Positions 10,036-22,492 of a DNA stretch of 64,000 nucleotides are shown here, piece after piece. A model generated the notes under the pieces. That model did no database searches. It saw only the letters and a program-made list of their open reading frames with translations, and was not told the origin of the DNA. A program made the position numbers and the translations under genes. The DNA is taken from assembly GCA_021513695.1 (NCBI GenBank), contig CP084166.1, positions 1,632,001 to 1,696,000 on the forward strand. The letters run 5' to 3'. Position 1 is the stretch's first letter. Every line of letters starts with the position of its first letter. The DNA is from Candidatus Heimdallarchaeum aukensis (GTDB lineage Archaea; Asgardarchaeota; Heimdallarchaeia; Heimdallarchaeales; Heimdallarchaeaceae).

Positions 10036-11127
10036 ATGATATGGACATCATTAGTTTACATTACCTCTGCAATTTTCATCTTATTAATTGTAATTGTTAC
10101 AATGTTGAAATACAAATTCCAGATGTCTAGTCAAGCCTTTTATTATTTTCTTTCAATGTTGATTTTTTTGATTATATGGTTTATCACTGATTTGGGCTTA
10201 ATTATAGCAAGTAACTCAAGAGATTCCGATTCTGCTAGATTTTTTTCCAAATTAGGTACAACATTCAGCATGATCGCGATGATATCTGTAATTTTTTATA
10301 CACAATTTTTAACTTCTAAAGAGTTTTTCAACTCTCCACATATTGTTATTTCGTCGTTTTTACTTGGAGGTGTTATTGCCCTTACTTTGTCTCCTGTATA
10401 TGATGTCCAAGAAGCAATTGTAGATCCTACAAATATTTTTTATATTGCAAAAGTAAATACATCATGGTTTGTTTTTGATACAGCATTACCATTATACGCA
10501 GGTTGCTTGCTGATTTATTACTTAACTAGACAAAAAAAGATTGTTCCAGAGAGACATAATTCAGCTCTAAATTTGATGATCATTGGGACAATAATAGCTT
10601 TTTTTGGGACAATAACAATTTTTGTTTCTCGAAAGGTAGTATTCATTATTTTTAACAAAATTATTTTACTTCATGTTGAATTATTAGCTGTAGCTATTGG
10701 AGCAGTTATAATGCTTATAGCAACCATTCAAGGAGGAGTAAAAACTTTCTACTATTCATCCAAGATTCATTCACTCCATATTTATGATAATATGGGGATG
10801 GATATTTACACTGCCACTTTTGAAACAAAAAGAAACGTATCAACTGGATTTATACCTGGTGTAACAAGCGCCATTTCTGTTTTTGCTACAGATTTAATCG
10901 GCAAAGATGTGAAACCTAAAGAAATATCCTTTGGGGAGTATTCGTTAATGATTGAATCTTATGGAGAAATAAATTGTTTTGTTTGTGTTGAGTATCCAAC
11001 AATAAATTTCAGAAAAGGGATACAAAATTTAATCAAACAAATTAAAGTAAACCAGTCACATCAGGAAATTTCTGAATTGATAGAAGAAATTTTAGCAATT
11101 ACCCCGATTTACCAAAAAAAACTTTAG
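10036..11127 (+). CDS. membrane protein, N-terminal ~6-7 TM domain plus ~130-aa cytoplasmic C-terminal domain, function unknown
   Basis: 363 aa; hydrophobic N-terminal two thirds, soluble C-terminus; no motif recognised. Confidence 0.4.
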   Translation: MIWTSLVYITSAIFILLIVIVTMLKYKFQMSSQAFYYFLSMLIFLIIWFITDLGLIIASNSRDSDSARFFSKLGTTFSMIAMISVIFYTQFLTSKEFFNSPHIVISSFLLGGVIALTLSPVYDVQEAIVDPTNIFYIAKVNTSWFVFDTALPLYAGCLLIYYLTRQKKIVPERHNSALNLMIIGTIIAFFGTITIFVSRKVVFIIFNKIILLHVELLAVAIGAVIMLIATIQGGVKTFYYSSKIHSLHIYDNMGMDIYTATFETKRNVSTGFIPGVTSAISVFATDLIGKDVKPKEISFGEYSLMIESYGEINCFVCVEYPTINFRKGIQNLIKQIKVNQSHQEISELIEEILAITPIYQKKL

Positions 11128-11142
11128 TTTGATATGAAGTTT

Positions 11143-11679
11143 TTACTGTTTATTAAAAAATAGTTTAGATTCTTGCATTAGAAGTTTTTTCTTAAGTTCG
11201 ACTCCACCTTCTGATGAAAAATTACCTGGTTTTCCATTAGATAAAATCACCCTATGACAAGGAATAATTGGAGCAAAGCGGTTTTTGGCCATCACATTTC
11301 CAACAAATCTTGCTGCGTTAGGCAATCCTGCTAATTTAGCCAATTCTCCATAAGAAACTGTTTTTCCTACTGGAACTTTGAGCAGTGCCTTTAATACCTT
11401 AATTTCTTTATTTGTGTAACCAGAAAAATCAAATTCGATCTTTGGAATATTATAATTTACACCGTTTACTATGTTATTTATTGCTTTGATTATTGGATGT
11501 TCATCTTCAATAACCTCAACATCACAATTACATTTTGACTTTAAATGAGATAGAAGTTTTTCTTTCGTTGGAAAATTATAAGTAGAATAGAACAATCTAT
11601 TATTTCTAAGAATTATTCCAGTCCAAGTTTTTTCACTTTTTGAGATTATAAGTTGCATATCAATATTAGGAGTATCCAC
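11143..11679 (-). CDS. ogt: methylated-DNA-protein-cysteine methyltransferase (O6-alkylguanine-DNA alkyltransferase)
   Basis: 178 aa; active-site PCHRV motif (IIPCHRVI) with downstream conserved GGxE-like region. Confidence 0.75.
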   Translation of the reverse strand: MDTPNIDMQLIISKSEKTWTGIILRNNRLFYSTYNFPTKEKLLSHLKSKCNCDVEVIEDEHPIIKAINNIVNGVNYNIPKIEFDFSGYTNKEIKVLKALLKVPVGKTVSYGELAKLAGLPNAARFVGNVMAKNRFAPIIPCHRVILSNGKPGNFSSEGGVELKKKLLMQESKLFFNKQ

Positions 11680-11750
11680 ATATAATTAAGATTATTGGAA
11701 TAAAAAAAGAAAAAAAATAATAGACAATAGTATCCAAAATCGATACTTAT

Positions 11751-12563
11751 TTATTTTTCTTTATTTATATTTTCGAGCATTTTTGTTACAATTTCACCAA
11801 AAACGCTTTTAGTCAAATCATCTAATTTCACAGCAGGTTTTCCTGTATCTCCTGCTTCACATATTTTTGGAATTAGTGGAACTGCACCTAAAAATGGAAT
11901 ATTAAGCATCTTGGCTACGTTTTTTCCTCCATCTTTAGCAAAGATATAGGTAATATTTCCACAGTGTTCACACTTGAAACCACTCATATTTTCAACAATT
12001 CCTAAGATTGGAGTATTAGTAACATTTGCAAAGTTGATAGATTTTCTTACATCGAGCAAAGATACTGCTTGTGGAGTAGTAACAACCACCATTCCATTCA
12101 AATCTTTAATTGTTTGTACGATTGATAAGGGCTCATCACTACTTCCTGGAGGTAGATCAACAATTAGAAAATCTAGTTCTCCCCACGCAACATCTCCAAT
12201 AAGTTGTTTTAGACCTTTAATTTTTAAGGGGCCTCGCCAAATGATAGCTTTGCTTTTATCTTCAAGTAAGAACTCCATAGAAACAACTTTAACATTTCCT
12301 GCTTCTATTGGAAGAATTTTGTTTCCGTCAGACATTAATTGCTCATTTTCTACTCCAAGCATTAAAGGTACATTAGGTCCTGTAATGTCTGCGTCAAGAA
12401 TACCTACTTTATATCCTTTATCTGCTAAGGTTTGAGCAATATTAACAGTAACAGTCGTTTTCCCTGTTCCCCCTTTTCCACTCAAAACAGCTATCTTATA
12501 TTTGATCTTGCTGAGTGTTTCCTCAATTTTTTGATCTTCTTCAGATTTTAATTTTAGTTCCAT
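11751..12563 (-). CDS. Mrp/NBP35 (ApbC) family P-loop ATPase, Fe-S cluster carrier
   Basis: 270 aa; deviant Walker A (LSGKGGTGKTT), CxxC pair (CEHC) typical of Mrp/NBP35. Confidence 0.8.
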   Translation of the reverse strand: MELKLKSEEDQKIEETLSKIKYKIAVLSGKGGTGKTTVTVNIAQTLADKGYKVGILDADITGPNVPLMLGVENEQLMSDGNKILPIEAGNVKVVSMEFLLEDKSKAIIWRGPLKIKGLKQLIGDVAWGELDFLIVDLPPGSSDEPLSIVQTIKDLNGMVVVTTPQAVSLLDVRKSINFANVTNTPILGIVENMSGFKCEHCGNITYIFAKDGGKNVAKMLNIPFLGAVPLIPKICEAGDTGKPAVKLDDLTKSVFGEIVTKMLENINKEK

Positions 12564-12738
12564 TTTAAACCCTTCTTTTCGTTATGAAAAACAAATAAAT
12601 AATTTAAAAACAATTTGATTCATCAATTTTTTTTAAATTTTTGGAGCAAATTAGGTAAAAACTGAAAACTTAGTACGTATTTGAAGACTTTAGTGTTTGC
12701 TAAAATTGCGAATAAAAAAGAAAAAATTTGATTAAGAC

Positions 12739-13893
12739 TTACTTTAACTTCTCTGTAGATTTAAAGTCTCTATACAATGATAATTCATCAAGAATTCTTT
12801 TATCATCAGAAGTAAGTTCATCTGTTACTAATCTAGACAATAGTTCACCAAGCCCAGGCCCCAACATAAAGCCTTGACCACACATTCCAACAGCGTTAAT
12901 ATATCCTTTAACATCTTTTACTGGTCCAACAATGGGACTACCATCTGGTGTCATAGGATAAATACCTCTCCAAGTGCGACGCATTTTCAGATGTTTAGTT
13001 CTCGGTAATAATTCAATCATTCGTTGTGCAGCTTGAGGTAAAAAGACGGATGTTTCTCTACAATCAGTTCCTGGAATTAAAGGATTTGGTGTTAAACACA
13101 GTATAAATTGACCTTGTTTATTTTGATAGAAATAGAAATTTTTTGTTCCAGGACGACCACGTATGTCGACTACTAAGGGTTTAACGAATTTTTTTACAGG
13201 TTCAGTTATACCTGATTCATGTGAATCTGGATAAATAGGAAGATCTATTCCAACCATTTTTCCTATCTTAGATGCTTCAGAACCTGCAGTATTTATAACA
13301 AACTCTGTTTCATAAACACCTTTATCAGTTTCAACTTGTTTTACTTGTCCTTTTTCTGTCTTTATGGTAGTAACTGTTTCCTCAAAAAAGAAATCTGCTC
13401 CTTCTCTTTTTGCAGCATCATAAAATGCGTAGGAACAAAGAATAGGTGATGCAGTTCCATCTTCAGGTGAATAAGTACCTCCTCTTAATCCTTCTTCTGA
13501 AATACCTGGCACTAACTCTTTTATTTTTTCTTTTGACACCCAGCTAATGTTTAGGCCAGCTTTTTGTTGGACGTTAATAGTCTCTTTCAGCATTTTCTCG
13601 TCTTCTTCTGTATAAGCAACGAACACGTACCCTCCTTGTTCCCATTCAATATCGTGCCCATATGTCTCTTTCCAACTAGAAAAAATACGAATTGAATCAA
13701 GACAAATCTTTATTTTAGCAAAACTAGAATGTGTTGCTCTAATACCCCCTATTGCACGTTTATTCTGTCCTTGTCCTGTAGCAGCGTTACTCTCAATCAC
13801 TGCAACCTTTAATCCTTTTTTTGCTATTGACAAAGCAGTGGGGACTCCTACACTTCCTCCACCTATAATTACAACATCATACTTTTTGTTCAT
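12739..13893 (-). CDS. FAD-dependent oxidoreductase, DAO family (sarcosine oxidase beta / L-proline dehydrogenase beta-like)
   Basis: 384 aa; N-terminal Rossmann GxGxxG (VIIGGGSVG); abuts the upstream alpha-like gene with no gap (operon). Confidence 0.65.
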   Translation of the reverse strand: MNKKYDVVIIGGGSVGVPTALSIAKKGLKVAVIESNAATGQGQNKRAIGGIRATHSSFAKIKICLDSIRIFSSWKETYGHDIEWEQGGYVFVAYTEEDEKMLKETINVQQKAGLNISWVSKEKIKELVPGISEEGLRGGTYSPEDGTASPILCSYAFYDAAKREGADFFFEETVTTIKTEKGQVKQVETDKGVYETEFVINTAGSEASKIGKMVGIDLPIYPDSHESGITEPVKKFVKPLVVDIRGRPGTKNFYFYQNKQGQFILCLTPNPLIPGTDCRETSVFLPQAAQRMIELLPRTKHLKMRRTWRGIYPMTPDGSPIVGPVKDVKGYINAVGMCGQGFMLGPGLGELLSRLVTDELTSDDKRILDELSLYRDFKSTEKLK

Positions 13894-15975
13894 CTAGTTC
13901 TCCTCCTTTGAAGAAAAATTCTTTAGAGGTACTTCAACAAATAGTGGCCTTTTTGAAGATGGTTTATATTCTCCCCTCGTATAGCCTTCTTCTCTGTAAA
14001 TTCGTTCAATTAGTGAAGAACAAGTTTTACCTCCACACGCACCTAAACCTGCACGGGTGATCGCCTTTAATTCATTCATATCTTTTACACCAGAACGGAT
14101 ATATTTTCTTACCTCTCCTGCAGTAACCCTTTCACACCGACATACATAAGCATCATCAGGAATAATCGTTCCATAATATTTATCCTCAACATTATGTGCT
14201 ATAATGTTTTGTACTTTAAATGACATTGCTTTCCACGCAATTTCTTTTGGAACCTGAAGTTCAACCAATTTTGTTGCTGGATATTTTCTTAACTCTCTAA
14301 CTTTATTGACACTAAATTTCCCGAGTTCATTTCCGTCCTCATCAACGAGCACTAAAGTATCGCCTTGGTTTACTTCAGTAAATATTTCACAAGGAAGCGT
14401 TATAGTTGGGTTTTCATTATCATTTCTGAAATCAACAAGTGTAATCGCTAATCCTGGGCAAATTGCAACACACTGAGCACAACCTATACATTTATCCTCT
14501 GTATCTATAAATTTAGGAATACCTAAAATTCCTCCTTCTTCAATTTTTATTAGATTCTTTGGACAAACTGACGTACAAGGATTGCAAGGAATCTCTTGGT
14601 TACAGTGGATAATTGGATAAACTCCACTTGTCGAGTTGGGTTTTTCTCTCTCAAATATTTTTCCAGGATGACTCTTTAGAATTGCTTCTTTTTCTCTCCA
14701 TTCTTCTGGAATACTCTCATTTGTAAAGCCTAAAGATCTAGCTATTTCAACACCAGCAATTTTTCCCCCAAACATTGCGGCTGAAGCTTCAGCTATTTCT
14801 TTTGCATCTCCAGCAGACCAAACATCAAACCCATATTCTTTAGCTTTGAGATAAAATTCATTAACAGGGTTTAACCCAACAGCTATAAGTATTGTATCAA
14901 CATCAAAAGTCTTTTCTGTTCCATCTATTGGCTTAAAGTTCTCGTCTATCTCTGCAATTGTTATAGACTCTACTCTCTCTTCTCCATGTGCAGCCAAAAT
15001 AGTATGGCTTGTGAAGATAGGAACTCCAAGTCTTCTGAGCTTATCCTCATGAACTTTATACCCACCACAACGGGGTAATGCTTCTACTAAACCAACTACC
15101 TCGATTCCAGCTTGAATTGCATGATATCCAGCAATTAAACCTACATTTCCTCCTCCTACAATAAAAATCCTTTCACTAGTTTTTACTAAATCCCTATTTA
15201 CTAATGTCTGAAAAGCTCCAGCACCATAAACTCCAGGAAGAGTGTTTCCTGGAAAAACTAACATTTTTTCTCTTGCACCTGTAGCTATTAGTAGTTTTTT
15301 TGGTTTTACTAGAATATATTGATCTTTCTTTAATATCCCCACAACTTTATCAGAAAAAACTGCAATTGCTGTACTCTCAAGCCAAACATCTACTTTTTGT
15401 GATGAATTAATTTGATCAGCTAATATATTTCCGATCTGAATCCCTCTTGTTCCAGCAAATGAATCCTTAATGGAACCAAAGAATTTATGCGTTTGAAGGA
15501 CGAGTTTTCCACCTAATTTAGATTTATCATCTACAATTAGAACATTGATATCATATTTTGATAATTCCATTGCCGCAGACAATCCTGCAGGACCACCACC
15601 TATAATTAAAACATCAGTTTCTATTGTCTTTACGGGTTTCAAATCAATAGGTTCATCATCTTCGGGTAATGATGGTAAGCCTTCTAAACTTTCTATTTTC
15701 ATTCCTTCCTTAAGGGGCGTCATACAAGATTTTACAGCTAAGCCATCCACAATTACAGTGCATTGGGCACATTGACCATTTGCACAAAAAATCCCTTGAG
15801 GGCTTTTATCCTTTTTATGATGACCAAAAATATCTATTCCATTAGCTATTAAAGCAGATGATATCATCTCGTTTTCATAGCCAAACATTTCTTTTGAATT
15901 AAATGTAAAAGAAACTTTCTTTCGTTCAATATTCGTAGGCAAAACAGGGTGTCTAGTAATTCTTCTGTCTGTCAT
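13894..15975 (-). CDS. multi-domain FAD/NAD(P)-binding oxidoreductase with 2Fe-2S, 4Fe-4S ferredoxin and BFD-like domains (sarcosine/opine oxidase alpha- or archaeal L-proline dehydrogenase alpha-like)
   Basis: 693 aa; N-terminal Cys cluster (CANGQCAQC), two Rossmann motifs (IIGGGPAGLSAA, IVGGGNVGLIAG), 4Fe-4S motif (CIGCAQCVAICP), C-terminal BFD-like 2Fe-2S (CRCERVTAGEV...GACGGKTC). Confidence 0.6.
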   Translation of the reverse strand: MTDRRITRHPVLPTNIERKKVSFTFNSKEMFGYENEMISSALIANGIDIFGHHKKDKSPQGIFCANGQCAQCTVIVDGLAVKSCMTPLKEGMKIESLEGLPSLPEDDEPIDLKPVKTIETDVLIIGGGPAGLSAAMELSKYDINVLIVDDKSKLGGKLVLQTHKFFGSIKDSFAGTRGIQIGNILADQINSSQKVDVWLESTAIAVFSDKVVGILKKDQYILVKPKKLLIATGAREKMLVFPGNTLPGVYGAGAFQTLVNRDLVKTSERIFIVGGGNVGLIAGYHAIQAGIEVVGLVEALPRCGGYKVHEDKLRRLGVPIFTSHTILAAHGEERVESITIAEIDENFKPIDGTEKTFDVDTILIAVGLNPVNEFYLKAKEYGFDVWSAGDAKEIAEASAAMFGGKIAGVEIARSLGFTNESIPEEWREKEAILKSHPGKIFEREKPNSTSGVYPIIHCNQEIPCNPCTSVCPKNLIKIEEGGILGIPKFIDTEDKCIGCAQCVAICPGLAITLVDFRNDNENPTITLPCEIFTEVNQGDTLVLVDEDGNELGKFSVNKVRELRKYPATKLVELQVPKEIAWKAMSFKVQNIIAHNVEDKYYGTIIPDDAYVCRCERVTAGEVRKYIRSGVKDMNELKAITRAGLGACGGKTCSSLIERIYREEGYTRGEYKPSSKRPLFVEVPLKNFSSKEEN

Positions 15976-16342
15976 TTTTCTTCCTCACAACAAATCAATG
16001 TTCGTTTTTGTGCACAAATTAATTGTCGAAATCGAATAGTAAATATATAATAATGTTTCTCAACAAGCATTGTTTTCACTTTTTCTAAAATCTTTTTACT
16101 ATAGGTATTAATCTTGGTCGTTTCATTTGACCTTAAGAAGATAGGAATGAAAAATAATAGGTTTTTCCTCTGAAATTAACGGATTTTATAGGTAAAAATA
16201 ATGCAAGAAATAAAGATATAAAATTAATAATCTAATCTATATTTTTTTTCTATATTGGAAGATAATTATTATTACACATAACTTTCAAATGTGTAAAACG
16301 TTCTTAAAAAGTTTTAAATAAAAAGTCGTTACATGTTAAGCG

Positions 16343-17200
16343 ATGAGTATTCAAGTAACAAGTGTATATACAAACACAAAAGAACGCAACACTAACTTCA
16401 AAACTGGACACGGTCAGTCATTTTTTATTACAAACCTACAATCAGGTAAGAAAATTCTCTTTGATATTGGAACAAAAGGAGACGACGTTCTTTTTAATAT
16501 GAATCTTTTAGGTATTCACCCAGATGAAGTTGATTTAATTGCATTTTCTCATGGTCATTATGATCATACAAGAGGATTAGAAAGTTTTCTTAAAGTAAGA
16601 AAAAAAGAAATAACTATAATAGGGCATCCAAGCATTATTGAACCCAAAAAACTGAAATTTAAAAAATGGTTTTTCAACGTAAAAATTGATATTGGATTTC
16701 CCAAACTGAAATCATCTCTTAAAAAGAAAATAAAGTTCTTATTTCAAACAGAATTTTATGCAATAACAGACAACATTTTCCTTTCAGGAGAGATTATTAA
16801 TAGAAATGAAAAAGATGGAACAGAAGATAGGTTAATACATCATAATGGCAAAAAATGGGAAAGAGATCCTTTACAAGATGATCAATCACTTATTATTGAA
16901 ACAGATAAAGGACTAGTAATTATCTGTGGTTGTTGTCACTCAGGATTGTTAAATACACTAAACCATGTTAGTCAAACGTTTGAAAACAAAAATATCTATG
17001 CAGTTATCGGGGGAACCCACATGCTAAAATTTAATGAACATGAATTAGAACATATCAGCAAAGTTCTTGTTGAAAAATACAAAAAACCTATACTTTATTT
17101 GAACCATTGTACAGGTAATTTTGCTTTCGATTTCCTTCAGCAAAAACTTGGGAAGGAAACGGTAAAACCGTTCCATACAGGATATAAGCTCTCTTTTTAA
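16343..17200 (+). CDS. metallo-beta-lactamase-fold hydrolase
   Basis: 285 aa; HxHxDH zinc motif (HGHYDHTRG). Confidence 0.6.
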   Translation: MSIQVTSVYTNTKERNTNFKTGHGQSFFITNLQSGKKILFDIGTKGDDVLFNMNLLGIHPDEVDLIAFSHGHYDHTRGLESFLKVRKKEITIIGHPSIIEPKKLKFKKWFFNVKIDIGFPKLKSSLKKKIKFLFQTEFYAITDNIFLSGEIINRNEKDGTEDRLIHHNGKKWERDPLQDDQSLIIETDKGLVIICGCCHSGLLNTLNHVSQTFENKNIYAVIGGTHMLKFNEHELEHISKVLVEKYKKPILYLNHCTGNFAFDFLQQKLGKETVKPFHTGYKLSF

Positions 17201-17282
17201 TCTATTTCTCTTCTTGCTCTTTGTTTTTGAAACTAAAGAAAGAGTCAAAAATCGTAAAATTTATATATCAGTAATTGGACAG

Positions 17283-17303
17283 TATTATACAGAAAGTATA
17301 ATA
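17283..17303. promoter_or_regulatory. perfect 8-bp inverted repeat with 5-bp spacer (TATTATAC-agaaa-GTATAATA) 17-37 nt upstream of hsp20 start; candidate operator overlapping an AT-rich TATA-like promoter
   Basis: read directly from sequence; position is consistent with a repressor site over the promoter/TSS. Confidence 0.3.
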
Positions 17304-17319
17304 CCGAGAGGTGATATAA

Positions 17320-17979
17320 ATGGTATGGAAAAACAAAAAGGATGAAAGAAACCCCAACTTTAGAGAGTTTCGTTCTGTTAGATATTATACCAATATAAAT
17401 GGTAAAGAAAATACTTATGGTTATGATTACACTATTGACGAAAATGGTAAAAAAATCTATAAAGAATATGGAGATCCATCAATGTTTAATTTAAGTGAAA
17501 ACATTGAAGAAAGAATTAGAGAGTTTGAAAATATGTTTAGTAACGAATTGAGAGTTGACAGATTTGGATTGTTGAACAGTATCTTTCCAAAATTAAGTAA
17601 TATGTTTGAAGAACACATCTCAAGTTTAGGATTACCTATGGCTTCAGAGCCAAGATCAATTGAGCCATTAGAAAATGATAAATCTAGTGGTAAGCAAGAA
17701 TTAAGTTATGATTTCCAAAAAGAAGGTGACAAGTTATATCTAATTATTGAACTTCCTGGATTTGGGAAAGAAGACCTTAAACTCAAGCTTAAAGACAATA
17801 AACTCTATCTAGTTGCAAAAAACAACAAGAAGGAAATAAGTACTGTAATTGACCTCAAATATAAAGTGAATAAAAAATCTAAAATCGATGCCACTATGCA
17901 AAATGGTATTCTCGAACTACAATTTGAACTAGATAAAGATGAAAAAAACGATGATGGATTAGACATCACCATCCACTAA
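17320..17979 (+). CDS. small heat-shock protein, Hsp20/alpha-crystallin family
   Basis: 219 aa; C-terminal alpha-crystallin domain pattern (YDFQKEGDKLYLIIELPGFGKEDLKLKLKDNKLYLVA...ATMQNGILELQF). Confidence 0.6.
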   Translation: MVWKNKKDERNPNFREFRSVRYYTNINGKENTYGYDYTIDENGKKIYKEYGDPSMFNLSENIEERIREFENMFSNELRVDRFGLLNSIFPKLSNMFEEHISSLGLPMASEPRSIEPLENDKSSGKQELSYDFQKEGDKLYLIIELPGFGKEDLKLKLKDNKLYLVAKNNKKEISTVIDLKYKVNKKSKIDATMQNGILELQFELDKDEKNDDGLDITIH

Positions 17980-17996
17980 ATTTTTTCTTTTTTTAG

Positions 17997-20237
<2,241 letters not shown>

Positions 20238-20259
20238 CCCATTTCTTTTTTTTCAGGAG

Positions 20260-20991
20260 ATGAGGATTATGGATGATGACGAAGAGATTATGGATATCGA
20301 AGAACTATTTGAAGTATTTAGTAACTCTACAAGGCGAAAGATTCTTGAACTACTATCGTCTGAAGCTCTATATCCTTTTCAAATTTCAAAAATCCTAGAA
20401 ATATCTCCAAGAATAATAGGAAAATATATTTCTGAACTTGAAGAATTAGGATTAGTAAAAACAATTGAAAAAAAGAGTGATAAAGGACCAGTAAGAAGGT
20501 ATGCACAGATAGACAAAACATTTTCTATTATGATTGACATCGGGCCTAACAATTTCTCTTGGAAAGTAGTTCCCATTGAGACAGAAACCAGTGATGAAGA
20601 GGTACAAACAACAGGAATTAGGAAAATTAGAGAAAGTGACATAAGAAGTATTGAAGAAGTTAAAAATTCGATTAAGAAAAAGGTTGCTGAAGTTGTAAAA
20701 ATAGATAATAAGAGAAAAGAATTAGTTGCAGACATAAATGAATGTTTTAAGATTTTTAATGACCTTTTAGAGAACACAATAGAAGAATATATTGATAGAG
20801 TTTATGTACGGACTTTGCTTCGAGAGATGGTAAACATGAAGCAAGAATGGATTTCTTCTAATCACTTATCGAACACTTTACGAGAGTGGAGAGGAGATAT
20901 TAGGAATAGGTTAATTAAACTAGCTGAAGAAACAGGAATTGTAAAGTATAAATTTGATAATCGAAAAAATGATTATTTATTTTCTATCTAA
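20260..20991 (+). CDS. winged-HTH transcriptional regulator (ArsR-like N-terminal HTH plus ~150-aa C-terminal domain)
   Basis: track ORF starts at 20224 and overlaps the cdc48 stop; ATG at 20260 preceded by caggaga is the more likely start; HTH segment TRRKILELLSSEALYPFQISKILEISPRIIGKYISELEELGLV. Confidence 0.5.
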   Translation: MRIMDDDEEIMDIEELFEVFSNSTRRKILELLSSEALYPFQISKILEISPRIIGKYISELEELGLVKTIEKKSDKGPVRRYAQIDKTFSIMIDIGPNNFSWKVVPIETETSDEEVQTTGIRKIRESDIRSIEEVKNSIKKKVAEVVKIDNKRKELVADINECFKIFNDLLENTIEEYIDRVYVRTLLREMVNMKQEWISSNHLSNTLREWRGDIRNRLIKLAEETGIVKYKFDNRKNDYLFSI

Positions 20992-21031
20992 TCATTTTTA
21001 TTTAGTCTGTTAAATTTCATTATAAGCTAAA

Positions 21032-22384
21032 ATGACAAAAAGTTTCATTCAATTACACATTGGCATAGATGACACTGATTCACTATCTGGAAATTGTACC
21101 ACTTATGTAGCTGCAAGAATCATAGAATATCTCTCTAATTTTGTCAAGTTTAGCGATTATCCTAGGTTAATCAGAAATAACCCCAATATTCCATGGAAAA
21201 CTAGAGGAAATGGGGCAATTGCAATTTCATTTAAGGTAGAAGAAAAATATATTGACGAAATAATTTCTTTTATTTTTAACTACATAAAAGATAATCATGA
21301 ACATGATATTAATACAAATCCAGGTTGTGTGATCATTAAAGGAGAAGTTCCTCTTCTTGTCAGAGAATTTTCTAAAAGAGCTTTAATCTCTAATATCAAA
21401 ATTAATGAAGCAAAGGAACTGATTAAGGATCTAAATTTAAAATCTTTTCACATTGGTAATGGGCGAGGTTTAATTGGTGCTTTAGCTGCATTAGGCAATG
21501 AGTTAAAACCTTCAGAAGAAGATTTCACGTATGAATTACTTACTTACAGACGAAAAGAGAACATAGGAAAAAAACGATTAGTGTCTGAAGAAAGTGTTCA
21601 TTTAATGGATAAAGAACTGTATCCATTTGTTTTCAACAATATTGATGAGGAAAAAAATAAATCGATCATTGCTCCTGCAGGAAAAGACCCAGTATTATAT
21701 GGTATCAGAGGAGAAAATGCTGAAATATTATTGAAAGCATTAAAAATTGTTAAAACTTATGAAGAAATAGAAAGATACTGTATTTTTAGGACAAATCAAG
21801 GAACAGATCAACATTTTAAATTTGCAAGTTCAAAAATTGAAAAGTATTCAGTATTCAAAGGCGAAATAGAAGTCCAAACAAAGCCTACAACTATCTTAGG
21901 AGGACATGTTTTTTTTAAAGGAAAAATCCTTGATAGCGGTAAAATCGTAGATGTTGCTGCATTTGAACCAACAAAGAAGTTTAGACTAGTAGTTAAACAA
22001 TTACTACCAAATGACAGAATAATTGCTTTTGGTGGAGTTCAAGTTTTTCAGGAGAATGTTTTTACAATTCAACTAGAAAAGATGATAGTTACGCATGTTG
22101 CAGAACAATACAAAGAGCTTTCTCCACTCTGTCCTCAATGTGGAAAGAGAATGACTTCTGCTGGTTTTTCAAAAGGCCATAAATGTAAAAAATGTGGTTA
22201 CAAAGATAGAAATAGCAAAAAAATTAGAGAAACTGTTTACAGAGAATTGAAAAAAGGACTATATATTCCTCCAGCTGGTTCTCAGCGGCATTTAGTTAAA
22301 CCCCATAGAAGGTATTCTATAGAAAACTCAAGAGAGAATAAAATTGTTCTTATTAATAATTGGTGGAGAAAAAACGAGAATTAG
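21032..22384 (+). CDS. tiaS: tRNA(Ile2) 2-agmatinylcytidine synthetase TiaS-like
   Basis: 450 aa; N-terminal GIDDTDS...CTTY motif characteristic of TiaS/DUF1743; C-terminal zinc ribbon (CPQCGKR...CKKCGYK) preceded by an OB-like segment. Confidence 0.5.
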   Translation: MTKSFIQLHIGIDDTDSLSGNCTTYVAARIIEYLSNFVKFSDYPRLIRNNPNIPWKTRGNGAIAISFKVEEKYIDEIISFIFNYIKDNHEHDINTNPGCVIIKGEVPLLVREFSKRALISNIKINEAKELIKDLNLKSFHIGNGRGLIGALAALGNELKPSEEDFTYELLTYRRKENIGKKRLVSEESVHLMDKELYPFVFNNIDEEKNKSIIAPAGKDPVLYGIRGENAEILLKALKIVKTYEEIERYCIFRTNQGTDQHFKFASSKIEKYSVFKGEIEVQTKPTTILGGHVFFKGKILDSGKIVDVAAFEPTKKFRLVVKQLLPNDRIIAFGGVQVFQENVFTIQLEKMIVTHVAEQYKELSPLCPQCGKRMTSAGFSKGHKCKKCGYKDRNSKKIRETVYRELKKGLYIPPAGSQRHLVKPHRRYSIENSRENKIVLINNWWRKNEN

Positions 22385-22492
22385 GAGGTTAACCCCTCCA
22401 ATGAAGGCGCGTATGAGCGCTGAGTGTCGGTTAAAAAACCTCAGCAAAGAGTTAATGTTTTTTTTCTATTTAAAATTATCGGAGAAATGATC

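Noticed and set aside
11974-12435. 153-aa ORF antisense to the Mrp/NBP35 gene. The same pattern holds for antisense ORFs inside cdc48 (18554, 19097, 19919), aIF5B (23520), the aminotransferase (25086, 25616), GGR (26591, 26947), GGT (42294), the EutA-like gene (43661, 44441), the SBP gene (49273), the coiled-coil gene (51934-53721) and others.
   Set aside because: All are embedded in opposite-strand genes with clear motifs. They are Ser/Leu/Phe-rich with no motifs and are spurious.
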